From Alphaproteobacteria bacterium (lineage in GTDB: Bacteria > Pseudomonadota > Alphaproteobacteria > GCA-2731375), in contig CBDDDJ010000005.1 of the NCBI GenBank assembly GCA_965226475.1, positions 1,741,690 to 1,805,689 of the forward strand: a stretch of DNA of 64,000 nt, written 5' to 3'. Positions 1-9,003 of the stretch are shown here, in pieces. Position 1 is the stretch's first letter. Every line of letters starts with the position of its first letter. Made by a program: the position numbers and the translations under genes. Under the pieces are notes generated by a model that did not search any database, was not told the origin of the DNA, and saw only the letters and a program-made list of their open reading frames with translations.

Positions 1-445
1 CGTCGGAATCGCGCGCGATCCGGGCGGCCGGAGCTACGCCTCGGCCATGATCCGCAACTCGAACGCCGGCTTGTCGCTCCACGCCGACTTCGCGCCCTAC
101 CAGGCGCCGCGGCTGGTCGTCTCCGCTTGCGACGCGCAGCTCGCCTGGAACTTCTACGCCGAGGTGCCCGACGGCCCCGGCGGCCACACCACTATCCACA
201 ACAGCCCCTGGCACTGGGAACGACAGAGCGAGGGCGAGGTCGCGGAGAACTATCCCCTCGATCCGGCCCAGGTCGCGGGCGCCGACCACTTCACCTTCCG
301 CCCCGAGGAGGGCGACATCGTGCTGTTCAACTCCCGCAACCCGCACGAGGTATTCCGCGTCGAGGATCCGGCGGGCAAGGACCGCATCGGTCTCGCCACC
401 TTCATCGCCCGGATGCCGTCGGGCGCGCTCCGTCTCTGGTCCTGA
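1..445 (+). CDS. 2OG-Fe(II) oxygenase superfamily protein, C-terminal portion (5' end lies outside window)
   Basis: ORF 47..445 is open to the window edge. The 'GDIVLFNSRNPHEV' segment resembles the C-terminal jelly-roll strand of Fe(II)/2OG dioxygenases. Confidence 0.4.
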   Translation, partial: VGIARDPGGRSYASAMIRNSNAGLSLHADFAPYQAPRLVVSACDAQLAWNFYAEVPDGPGGHTTIHNSPWHWERQSEGEVAENYPLDPAQVAGADHFTFRPEEGDIVLFNSRNPHEVFRVEDPAGKDRIGLATFIARMPSGALRLWS

Positions 446-1861
446 AGAGGACGTAGGCGGCCAGCAGGTTGAGTGCCGCCATGGTGGCGAAAGCGCCCTC
501 GAAGCCGCCGAAGAGGCTGGTCAGCAGGCTGAAGGTGGAGGGGCCGAGGGCGACGCCGAAATAGAGACAGACGGCCGTACCCGAGGTGGCGAGCGCCACC
601 TGGTCCGGCGCCAGGCGGACGACTTCCGCCAGCGGGATGCCGTTCCAGCCCGAGGCGGTGAAGCCGAGCAGGGCGGCGACCGCCGCCAGGGCCGGGAACG
701 GCCAGGCTGGCGACGCCAGGATCAGAAGCAGCAGAAAGCCGCTGGTGGCGAGACCGATCAGGCCGAGCGCCGCGCCGCCCACCATGACGCGGTCGCTGAC
801 CCAACCCCAAAAGGGCCTGGCGACGACGCCGCTCAACTGCATCGCCGCGTAGACCAGACCGGCGTCGATCAGATCGAGGCCGGCGACCTCGACCAGATAG
901 ACGACGAGAAAGGCGAACAGGCTCATCTGCACCCCGGAATAGACCAGGCAGCAGACGGCGACGACGCGAAGATCCGGGCGCCGGAGTATCAGCAGGACCG
1001 AGGCCCAGAGCATCGCCGGCCGGATCGGCGCGTCCGGCTCGCGGTCGCGGTCGTAGCGGGCGCGGATCGGCTGAACCGCCAGCACCACGAACAGCACGGT
1101 GGCGCTCGCCAGCAATATCGCCGCCCGCCAGCCGGCGGCGACGGCGACGACGGGCAGCACGGCGCCCGCCAGCATGCCGCCCAAGGGCACGCCGCTCTGC
1201 TTCATCGAGAAGACCACGCCCCGCCACTCGGCCGGGGTCTCGCGGGCCAGGATATGGCTCGCCGCCGGCGTCGCCGGGCCTTAACCGCAGCCGATCAGCG
1301 CCCATCGCCACGATCAGCCCCAGCGAGCCGCTCATCGTGAGCGCGGTCGCCAACGCCGCCAGGCAAAGACCGACCTGGCAGACCCAGATGGCGCCGTGGC
1401 GGCGGACGAGCGGCCCGCTCACCATGCTGCCGAAGGTCGCGCCCAGAAAGACCAGCGACGCGTGTATGCCGACCCGGCTCGGATCGACGCCTGGAGCACA
1501 TCTTTCTAATACGGAACCATTTGACCGGGATTATTTTGTGCCGTGGCGGCGCTGCGGTTGCGACGGCGATGTGGGGCATCGGTGAGCGAGCGCAGCGCCG
1601 CCACGGCGCAAAAGGACCCGGCCGAAGGTGCCCCTGGGTACGTTTTGGGTGCGTTGCGACGCTTGTCCGATGCCCCACATCGCGCTGCGCGCCGCGCCTG
1701 CCCAAAACGCACCCAGGGGCTATCAAATGGTCCCGTATTAGAAAGATGTGCTCCCGGTCCGCCGCCATCGCCGGCGCCAGCACCGGCACGGCGAGAAAGG
1801 TCAGCACGGCGGAGAGCTGGATCGACGTGGTGACCGCGAGGGGGCCGATGGCGGAACGCAT
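402..1861 (-). pseudogene. MFS transporter, disrupted by a 263-bp MITE insertion plus an apparent frameshift
   Basis: Three minus-strand ORF pieces (1295..1861 N-terminus, 250..1425 frame, 402..1217 frame) all translate into hydrophobic MFS-like TM segments. The N-terminal 35 codons are separated from the remainder by the palindromic element at 1493..1755, and the frame changes again near 1217..1295. Confidence 0.6.
1493..1755. mobile_element. MITE-like element with about 32-bp terminal inverted repeats (GGAGCACATCTTTCTAATACGGAACCATTTGA), inserted in the MFS gene
   Basis: Left end 1493..1524 and right end 1724..1755 are reverse complements with a single mismatch. The interior holds several nested palindromes (gccgtggcggcgctgcg/cgcagcgccgccacggc; gatgtggggcatcgg/ccgatgccccacatc). 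There is no coding capacity. Confidence 0.7.
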
Positions 1862-1915
1862 GGAACGGGAGAAATCGCTTGCCGGCCCGGTGTCGAGGTT
1901 CGATGAAACCGTGCG

Positions 1916-2790
1916 TCAGTAGGGCCGGTCGCCGCGCACCAGGATTCGGTAGAGCATGCGGTGCTGGCTTTGGTCGTAGTCGAAGCCGGCCTTGTGCATG
2001 GCGGAGCGGTTGTCGATCAGCAGCATGTCGCCCAGGCGGTATTCGTGGGTGTAGGCGAACTCCGGGCGGATCGCCGTCTCCAACAGTTCGGTCAGGAACG
2101 CCTGGGTCTCGTCGGGCGCCATGCCGAGGATGTTCTCGGTCTTGTTCTGGTGGAACCAGATCGCCTTGGTGCCGCGTTCGGGGTGGGTGCGCACGAGCGG
2201 CTGGATCAGCGGCGCGCCCTCGGCCGCCGCCGCCCGCTGGTCGGCGACGATGTCGGGGTTGGCGTCCGTGCTCCTGGCGCGGGCACTGCTGATCAGCGTG
2301 TTGGCGGTACGCATGGGATCGATCCGCCGGCGCGTCTCGTCCGGCAGCGCCTCGTAGGCCGCCCGCATGTTGCAGACCGAGGTGCCGCCGCCCGACTCCG
2401 GCAGCGCCACGGGATAGAGGCTGGTGAACTTGGGCGGGTGTTCCTGGTTGGTGTGGTCGGTGTGCCAGGAGGCGTTGTTCGCCATCTTGGCCGGCCGGCC
2501 CTGGCTGTCCTTGTGGCGGTTGGACAGCACGCTCACCAGCGGCACGCCGTCGGCGAGAAAGCGCCGGTTCTGGTCCTCCATCAGCTCGCCGAAATTCTCC
2601 GCCGCGCGCTGGAATTCCGCGGCGGTGAAGTGCTGGTCGCGTATGACCAGGACGACATGGTCCACGAGGGCACCGTAAAGCGCCTGGCGCGTCGCCTCGT
2701 CGAGCGGCAGGCGGAGGTCCACGCCCGTGGCCTCGGCCCCGATGTGCTCCTTGATCTTGGTGATCGTCGGCGACGGCGTCTCGGCGAGCA
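1916..2790 (-). CDS. TauD/TfdA-family alpha-ketoglutarate-dependent dioxygenase
   Basis: The C-terminal 291 aa of ORF 1916..4333 (starting MLAETPSP) carry TauD-like HxD...H motifs (WHTDHT, MHKAG). The rest of the 805-aa ORF is a read-through artefact of high GC. Confidence 0.75.
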
Positions 2791-2897
2791 TTGATGCTCC
2801 CTCTTCATCGCGGGACGGCGGGCGGACGGCGGGCGGACGCCCGCCGAACGGCACGAATAGTGTAACACGTCCGGACATCGACAATGGAGCGCGGCGC

Positions 2898-3087
2898 ATG
2901 GACCCTCTCTTCGATTTTACCGGCAAGGTGGTACCGATCACGAGCGACAGCCGGGGCCTGGGCCTGGCCATGGCGCGGGCTTTCGCGGAGCGCGGCGCCA
3001 ATCTGATCATCGCCAGCCGCAAGCTGGAGAACCGCGAAAAGGTGGCGGCGGAGCTGGAAGGCCTCGGCATCGAGGCTCGAGTGGCGA
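2898..3087 (+). pseudogene. Short-chain dehydrogenase/reductase (SDR), N-terminal fragment only (about 63 aa), truncated by foreign insertion
   Basis: MDPLFDFTGKVVPITSDSRGLGLAMARAFAERGANLIIASRKLE is a classical SDR Rossmann N-terminus (TGxxxGxG). The reading frame degenerates after about 3087, where the AT-rich foreign DNA and IS begin. Confidence 0.65.
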
Positions 3088-3170
3088 GCTGCGGGCCGCA
3101 CGGCCCGGTTTCGAGGGTACAAACGACATTCTCGTGTACGTCCATCATTTTATCTGTATAGACGATAATC

Positions 3171-4778
3171 CGTAACTGCCCAGGTACGTGGCCGCCTTTC
3201 AGGCGGCGTGGAGACGTGCGATCAGGGTTTCGGGATTTTCCATGAGCGCCTGGATGATGTTCCAGCCCTGTTTTCTGGCGGTCGAGATGAAGCCGCGGAC
3301 GGTGGCAAAGTCTTCGGCGCCTTTCTGGCTGCGGAAGCCGCCGGAGATTTTCTGCTTGACCTTCATCATGCGCCCGTCCTGCTCGGCCTGATTGTTGGTG
3401 AACGGCACGGCGAAATTGGTGAGGAAGCGTAGCGCATCTTCCTTGCGAGCCTGAAGGCGCCGGAGAAGGTTGTGGCCGACGCGGCGCGGCTTGCGTCCCC
3501 GGCGCCTGGCCTTGCCCTCGACCGGTTTGGGCGCGAGAGGAGGTTGGGCCTCGTGAAAGGCGATGCCCTCGGCCGTGATGGCGTCCCAACATCGTCGGAA
3601 GCGGCTGACGAGGCTTGGTTTCAGCGCCACTCCCCGCTCCCGGGCGAGATTTACCGCGTGGCAGGCGCGGCGCAATAGTCTCTGCATCTTGCCCGCCCAG
3701 TCCTCCTTCTCGATCTCGACCAGGGCTTGCAACTCGCGCAGGTGATGGGCGTTGCACAGCGCGTGCCGCACCCCCTCCATCGTGAAGTACGGCTTCCAGT
3801 GGTCGTGGACGACGATGCCGCCGACGCCGCCGAGCAGGCTGCCGCGCCGGGGCGAAACCCGGTAGAAGGTCAACAGCGCCGTGGACGCGACGTGCAACCA
3901 TTGACCCCGCCCGGCGACCCGGAACCCGGTCTCGTCCATGTGCTTGACCGGCGCCGATTTCACCAGCTCGCGGATCGTCCCGACGACGCCTTGCACGGAC
4001 TCGGCGCTGTTTCGGCCCATCCGCGCGATGCTCGCCGCAGACAGCCCGGCCCCGAACAGATCCTTCATCAATGCGGCCAGGCGGTCCTCGGGCAGGAGCT
4101 GGTAGTGCGACAGGTAGACCACCATGGCTCCGATCCGACCGCCGTACTGAACCGGGCCGGTGACGCCGTCGGGAAAGGAAGCCCGAGTTTGCGTGCCGCA
4201 ATGCCCGCAACGGCAGCGATGCGCCCGATGCTCCGTGACCACCAGGGGCCGGGGCTCGGGCAGGTCGAAAACCTGACGGGCGCCGTGGCCGGTGGTCATA
4301 TCCGGCGTCAATCCCGAACCACACCGCCGGCACGTCTCGGGATAATGATCGACGCTGGCGTCGGGATCGGCGACTTGGCGCAGGGTCTCGCCCTCGTGGC
4401 CCTTCTGCCCGCCCGGCTTGCGATCCGATTTTCCGCGAAGGCTCCCGGTGCGTCGCTTCTTCTTCCCCGCCGGCGGTTTGTTCAATCCATCGCTGGACGG
4501 CGGCTTGCCGCTGTTCGTGCTGTTCAGGCCAAGCTGGCGCTCGAGTTCGCCAAGCCGGAGTTCGAGCTCGGCGAGCCGCGACCCTTGGGCCAGCACCACA
4601 TCGATCAGGTCGTCTTTCGACAAAAAGGCGAGAGCATACCTATCCATCGAATCCTTAGAATCGACCCACCATCTCTTGTCAAACGAAATCTAGGCCGTCA
4701 GCGCCTCAAACCCACAAAATCTGCCCCGAGAGACCCAATCCGCAGCCCCAGCGAAATCAGATACCTGGGCAGTTACAT
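3171..4778 (-). mobile_element. IS66-family insertion sequence, ISBst12-like single-ORF type (about 1.6 kb)
   Basis: Terminal inverted repeats GTAACTGCCCAGGTAC (3171..3186) and GTACCTGGGCAGTTAC-like (4762..4777) match at 15 of 16 positions and start with GTAA as in IS66-family ends. They enclose a single 482-aa IS66-type transposase. Confidence 0.75.
3199..4647 (-). CDS. IS66-family transposase (TnpC-like, DDE)
   Basis: A 482-aa ORF with an N-terminal leucine zipper, a CxxC...CxxC zinc-finger region (CRRCGSG...CRCGHCG) and a C-terminal DDE core typical of IS66 TnpC. Confidence 0.85.
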   Translation of the reverse strand: MDRYALAFLSKDDLIDVVLAQGSRLAELELRLGELERQLGLNSTNSGKPPSSDGLNKPPAGKKKRRTGSLRGKSDRKPGGQKGHEGETLRQVADPDASVDHYPETCRRCGSGLTPDMTTGHGARQVFDLPEPRPLVVTEHRAHRCRCGHCGTQTRASFPDGVTGPVQYGGRIGAMVVYLSHYQLLPEDRLAALMKDLFGAGLSAASIARMGRNSAESVQGVVGTIRELVKSAPVKHMDETGFRVAGRGQWLHVASTALLTFYRVSPRRGSLLGGVGGIVVHDHWKPYFTMEGVRHALCNAHHLRELQALVEIEKEDWAGKMQRLLRRACHAVNLARERGVALKPSLVSRFRRCWDAITAEGIAFHEAQPPLAPKPVEGKARRRGRKPRRVGHNLLRRLQARKEDALRFLTNFAVPFTNNQAEQDGRMMKVKQKISGGFRSQKGAEDFATVRGFISTARKQGWNIIQALMENPETLIARLHAA

Positions 4779-4794
4779 ATATACATCATACCAT

Positions 4795-6036
4795 TTACAT
4801 TGTATTAATCATTTCAATGCGACAGCATCGATAGGCCCACCGCGCAAACGACCTTCCGGCAACTTCCTCGCCGGCCATCCAGCGCAGCACAACAGGGTCA
4901 AGTTTTGAATTGTGAATTTCTCCTACCAATGATCCGGCGTTGACTATCCGACGTCCGCCGCTGACGCCATCGAAATCATAATTCAAGACTTGAACCCTTG
5001 CATCGTGGGATGTTGCCGAGAGCCCGGATCGGGCGGCGAGCGTCTCGACGGTGGCGTATTGCCGTGGCATCAATTCCGATTGATGCGCCCCAAGCATAAA
5101 CCAGACCTTTTTACAGAAATTCAGCGCAATGTAGGGAGGCATGTTGTTGTGAGGCTGGCTGCCGCCCGCTTCTCCAATGCTCGCCTTGACGAGACCGTGT
5201 TTGAATCCCGCCGGGGCCTGATCAAATTTCACTTTCCGTACGCCAGCATGAAACCAGTATTCATGCTCTGGTCCATGCGTGTGGCTTGGCATCTCTTCTG
5301 CCGTCAGGATGTGCTTTTCCTCGCCACTTATTTCGCCGAAACGGTGGTTAGTAAGTCCGTGTCGTCGATCCGTGTTGACGCCAATGATAAATCGCCCTTG
5401 TGCTTCTTCGTAAGTCACCCAGCCAGTAGGGCATTCTTGACCTGCAAAAGCAATAACCGTATCTCTGGGCAAAACCGCATCATTGAGAACAGCCTCGATT
5501 TTACTAGTTCCCAGTGCTTCCAGTTCTCGGCGAACGTTTGCTTGGAGTTCATCTATGGAGGAGTTAGTATTAGCAAGAATATCCGCAGCCTTACTTGTCA
5601 GGACTGTTTCTGTAGTCTCATTGACTTTTTTACTAATGAGATCTTCTACCTCTTTTTCACCCATTTTATTTTTTATCGCCATCACCACTTGATCATCAAG
5701 TCTATGTTTCAAATTGTCAACAATGCGATACTCGACAACCTTTTGGTCTATCGTTGCTTGCAGAAGTTCCTTCGATTCATCGATGTTTTTTCCAGTGTAA
5801 AAGACAAACGCGCCGCCAATCGTCGTCAGGACGACTGATACGCCGATCGTTAAGTACCTGAACTGGCGTTGAAGGTGTTCGCGGTAGCTCGCCGCCGCGT
5901 TATTATAACTCTCGGAGAGGTGGCTTATTGCATTCGTCAGCGTTTGATCCTGACTCTGCATCACTCGCCTGACTTCGACCTCAACAGCCGTTCTAGTTTC
6001 GTCGTCCATGTCAATCCCCCAAAGAAATGGCGCCAA
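4795..6036 (-). CDS. Membrane-anchored coiled-coil protein with a C-terminal phage tail-collar domain; low-GC foreign gene
   Basis: A 413-aa ORF with one TM helix (YLTIGVSVVLTTIGGAFVFY), a long coiled-coil and a C-terminal tail-collar domain (FAGQECPTGW...EMPSHTH...HNNMPPYIALNFC). GC is about 45 % against about 67 % background. The last ~35 codons read through MITE copy A and on to a stop in the GC-rich DNA between the MITE and the IS66 element, so the true C-terminus is uncertain. Confidence 0.7.
   Translation of the reverse strand: MAPFLWGIDMDDETRTAVEVEVRRVMQSQDQTLTNAISHLSESYNNAAASYREHLQRQFRYLTIGVSVVLTTIGGAFVFYTGKNIDESKELLQATIDQKVVEYRIVDNLKHRLDDQVVMAIKNKMGEKEVEDLISKKVNETTETVLTSKAADILANTNSSIDELQANVRRELEALGTSKIEAVLNDAVLPRDTVIAFAGQECPTGWVTYEEAQGRFIIGVNTDRRHGLTNHRFGEISGEEKHILTAEEMPSHTHGPEHEYWFHAGVRKVKFDQAPAGFKHGLVKASIGEAGGSQPHNNMPPYIALNFCKKVWFMLGAHQSELMPRQYATVETLAARSGLSATSHDARVQVLNYDFDGVSGGRRIVNAGSLVGEIHNSKLDPVVLRWMAGEEVAGRSFARWAYRCCRIEMINTM
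4887..5005. repeat. 120-bp palindromic MITE-like repeat, copy A
   Basis: About 88 % identical to 6119..6238. It has terminal inverted repeats GGGTCAAGTTTTGAATTGTGAATTTC / GAAATCATAATTCAAGACTTGAACCC. Confidence 0.7.
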
Positions 6037-6118
6037 ATATGCCTTGTATGAATTATAGGCTGACTTTCAGGCGTCATCCAAAACTTTTCTCGCATAATCT
6101 CGCCCGCGCGCACACTTT

Positions 6119-6238
6119 GCACAATAGGGTCAAATCTTGAATTGTGAATTTCTCCTACCAATGACCCGGCGTTGTTTATCCGGCATCCGCCACTGGCGCC
6201 ATCAAATTCACAATTCAGGACTTGACCCCTTACATCGC
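6119..6238. repeat. 120-bp palindromic MITE-like repeat, copy B (direct orientation relative to copy A)
   Basis: Same element as 4887..5005, with terminal inverted repeats AGGGTCAAATCTTGAATTGTGAATTT / AAATTCACAATTCAGGACTTGACCCC. It directly abuts the SDR C-terminal remnant. Confidence 0.7.
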
Positions 6239-6430
6239 GCGCCGGAGGAGATCGTCGCCGCCGCGCTCTATCTCGCGGGCGGCGGGGCCAGCTTGACCAG
6301 CGGCACCACCATCCGCGTCGACGGCGGCACCGACCGAGAAACGGGCACCCCCCTCCCTTGCCGGGCAGGAATGGGTTATATCTGGGGCCGGCGCGCGAAG
6401 GGCGCGCCCCGAAACGATGACGGAGGATGA
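6239..6430 (+). pseudogene. SDR C-terminal fragment, probably the 3' remnant of the gene whose 5' part is at 2898..3087
   Basis: The translation EEIVAAALYLAGGGASLTSGTTIRVDGG is the canonical SDR C-terminal motif. The central ~150 codons of the gene are absent. Confidence 0.55.
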
Positions 6431-6434
6431 CGAG

Positions 6435-6866
6435 ATGAGCGTGGCGATACAGATCGACGACGACCAGGGCGGCATGCGCGCGGGCGGCGTGGCGGTGGCG
6501 AAGGCTTCCCATCCGAAGATGGTGCCGGGCCGGCGCGACTTCATGCAGTATCGCGAACTCGGCGTCACCGAGGCGAGCGAGGGCAAGATCCGCGCCCAGG
6601 TCACCTCGTCCTCGCAAGGCCTGTCGGAGCCGACCGGCTGGCACGTCCACATCTGCGAGGGCCAGTTCGTCTACATGATGAGCGGCTGGGTCGACCTGGA
6701 GTTCGAGGACGGCAAGGTCCGCATCGAGGCCGGTGACTCGATCTACATCCCCGGCGGCACCCCGCACAACGAGACCGCCACCTCGGACAATTTCGACCTG
6801 GTCGAGGTCTCCGTTCCCGCCGACATGGGCACCAAGCCCTGCGATCCGCCGGCCGGCCGTAGCTGA
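6435..6866 (+). CDS. Cupin-domain protein
   Basis: The motif GWHVH..EGQFVYMMSGWVDLEF....IYIPGGTPHN is a cupin-2 two-motif signature. A GGAGGA Shine-Dalgarno sequence lies upstream of the 6435 ATG. Confidence 0.6.
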   Translation: MSVAIQIDDDQGGMRAGGVAVAKASHPKMVPGRRDFMQYRELGVTEASEGKIRAQVTSSSQGLSEPTGWHVHICEGQFVYMMSGWVDLEFEDGKVRIEAGDSIYIPGGTPHNETATSDNFDLVEVSVPADMGTKPCDPPAGRS

Positions 6867-6938
6867 GAAACCGATAGCGTAGCCGGCGCCCGGCCCCAAT
6901 TTCGGGGCCGGGCATCGGCGCGTCGAGGGGCGGGCGCC

Positions 6939-7934
6939 ATGTCCGAACCGCCTGCCGACAAGGCTCCCGAATTCGCATCGGGCCGCTCGCCGAACTTGGT
7001 CGGCATCGTCTGCGTCATGGGCGCGGTCACCGCCTTCACCACCCAGGACATGACGGTGAAGTGGCTGAGCGAATCCTACCCGCTGCACCAGATCACGCTG
7101 TTCCGCGCCGCCATTGCCATGGCGATCATCGTCGGCGTCTTCATGCCGCTCGAAGGCGGCTGGCGCCATCTGCGCACCCGCCGGCCGGGGCTCCACCTGC
7201 TGCGCGGCTTCGCCGTGGTGGTCGCCAACATGTGCTTCTTCACCGGCCTGGTGACCTTGCCGCTCGGCGAGGCGACGGCGATCTTCTTCGTGGCGCCCCT
7301 GTTGATCACCGCGCTCTCCGTCGTCTTCCTCGGCGAGCAGGTGGGCGCGCGGCGCTGGCTCGCGGTGCTGGTCGGCCTCACGGGCGTGGTGGTGATGATG
7401 CGGCCCGGAACCGAGACCTTCCAGTTGGCGGCCCTGCTGCCGCTCGCCGCCGCGCTCGCCTATGCCAGCCTGCAGATCATGACCCGCAAGCTCGGCATGG
7501 CGGAGAAGGCCTCGACCATGTCCTTCTATATCCAGATCGTTTTCATTGCCGTCTCGACCACCATCGGCCTCATCGTCGGCGACGGCCGCTATGTCAGCGG
7601 CGATGCGCACCTGGATTTCCTGCTCCGCGCCTGGTCCTGGCCGGACCTGCCCGGCCTGGGCGTCCTCCTGGTAATCGGAGTCTTGAGCGCGATCGGCAGC
7701 TACCTGGTGAGCCAGGCCTACCGGATCAGCGAGGCGGCGCTGGTGGCACCGTTTGAATACGTCGCGATCCCGATGGCGGTTTTCTGGAGCGCGCTGGTCT
7801 GGGGCGACTGGCCGGACGCCATCGCCTGGTCGGGCATCGCGCTGATCGGCGGCGCCGGCCTCTACGTCTTCTACCGCGAAACCGTGCGCGGCCGCCTCAA
7901 CGCGCTGCGCCGCCCGATGCCGCGGAATCGGTGA
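6939..7934 (+). CDS. DMT-superfamily (EamA-like) transporter
   Basis: A 331-aa protein of about 10 TM segments with the duplicated EamA pattern. Confidence 0.7.
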   Translation: MSEPPADKAPEFASGRSPNLVGIVCVMGAVTAFTTQDMTVKWLSESYPLHQITLFRAAIAMAIIVGVFMPLEGGWRHLRTRRPGLHLLRGFAVVVANMCFFTGLVTLPLGEATAIFFVAPLLITALSVVFLGEQVGARRWLAVLVGLTGVVVMMRPGTETFQLAALLPLAAALAYASLQIMTRKLGMAEKASTMSFYIQIVFIAVSTTIGLIVGDGRYVSGDAHLDFLLRAWSWPDLPGLGVLLVIGVLSAIGSYLVSQAYRISEAALVAPFEYVAIPMAVFWSALVWGDWPDAIAWSGIALIGGAGLYVFYRETVRGRLNALRRPMPRNR

Positions 7935-7984
7935 AGACTGGGGGCCCGGTTGCAAGCAGGGCCGGGCTGACACACGATCGAGCC

Positions 7985-8803
7985 ATGGAGGCCATCTACG
8001 ACCGTATCGGCATCGGCTACGACGCGACCCGGCGGGCGGATCCCGGGATCGTCGCCAGGCTTCGCCATCACCTCGGCGCCGATGACGCCGGGGCCTACCT
8101 CGACGTCGGTTGCGGCACCGGCAACTACACGATCGCGCTGGCGCAAAGCGGCATCCGGATGACGGGCATCGATGCCTCGGCGGTTATGTTGGACGAAGCG
8201 CGGCGCAAGGCCGCCGGCGTGGCGCGCCTCTCCTGGTGCCAGGCCGACGTCGCCAAGCTGCCGTTTGCCGACGGCCAGTTCGCCGGTGCCCTCTGTACCC
8301 TCGCGATCCAGCACTTTCCCGACCTCGGGGCGGCGATGGCGGAGGTGGCGCGGGTGCTGGATCCCGGTACGGGGCGGCTGGTCCTTCTGACCGCGACGCC
8401 CGAGCAGATGGCGCGGTACTGGCTGAATCGCTATTTCCCGGCAATGCTGGCCCGATCCATCCGGCAGATGCCGGCTCTCGGCGATGTGCGGGCGGCGCTC
8501 GGGGCGGCGGGCCTCGCCATCACCGAGACCGAGCCCTTCTTCGTCACGCCGGCGCTCCAGGATCTCTTCCTCTATAGCGGCAAGCAGCGCCCCGAACTCT
8601 ACCTCGACCCTCGCTTTCGCGCCGGCATCTCCAGCTTCGCCAACCTCGCCAAGGCGGACGAAACCGAGCGGGGCCTCGCCGCCCTGGCCGAGGACATCGA
8701 TACCGGCCGCATCGGCGAGATCATCGCCGGCGCCGATCACGATGGCGGCGACTGTCTCTTCGTCGCCGCCTCGCGGCGGAATGATGGGGTGCTTGGAATC
8801 TAA
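7985..8803 (+). CDS. Class I SAM-dependent methyltransferase
   Basis: The LDVGCGTGNYT motif I and a Methyltransf_11-like layout. Confidence 0.7.
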   Translation: MEAIYDRIGIGYDATRRADPGIVARLRHHLGADDAGAYLDVGCGTGNYTIALAQSGIRMTGIDASAVMLDEARRKAAGVARLSWCQADVAKLPFADGQFAGALCTLAIQHFPDLGAAMAEVARVLDPGTGRLVLLTATPEQMARYWLNRYFPAMLARSIRQMPALGDVRAALGAAGLAITETEPFFVTPALQDLFLYSGKQRPELYLDPRFRAGISSFANLAKADETERGLAALAEDIDTGRIGEIIAGADHDGGDCLFVAASRRNDGVLGI

Positions 8804-8854
8804 TCGACGTTCGATTAACATGGGCGCTGGCTGTCCGGTGGTCGGACGGCCGAC

Positions 8855-9003
8855 GTTCTCGGGGCGGGGTGAAAGTCCCCACCGGCGGTGATTGCGCCAA
8901 GGCGCATCAGCCCGCGAGCGCCCGCCAAATTATCGGCGGGGTCAGCAGATTCAGTGTGATTCCGAAGCCGACGGTCATAGTCCGGATGGAAGAGAACGGG
9001 AAA
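8855..9003 (+). promoter_or_regulatory. FMN riboswitch (RFN element) upstream of ribH2
   Basis: The sequence contains the conserved RFN blocks GGGGTGAAAGTCCCCACCGGCGGT ... AGCCCGCGAGCGCC ... GGTCAGCAGATTCAGTGTGATTCCGAAGCCGACGGTCATAGTCCGGATGGAAGAGAAC, positioned 5' of a lumazine synthase gene. Confidence 0.85.

Noticed and set aside
1916-4333. 805-aa ORF
   Set aside because: It is a read-through artefact of high GC. Only its last 291 codons (the TauD dioxygenase) are coding-like, and the upstream part is antisense to the SDR fragment and the IS66 transposase.
5961-7973. 670-aa minus-strand ORF
   Set aside because: It is antisense to the cupin, DMT-transporter and methyltransferase genes. Its composition is Arg/Gly/Ala-rich and low-complexity, typical of spurious frames in GC-rich DNA.
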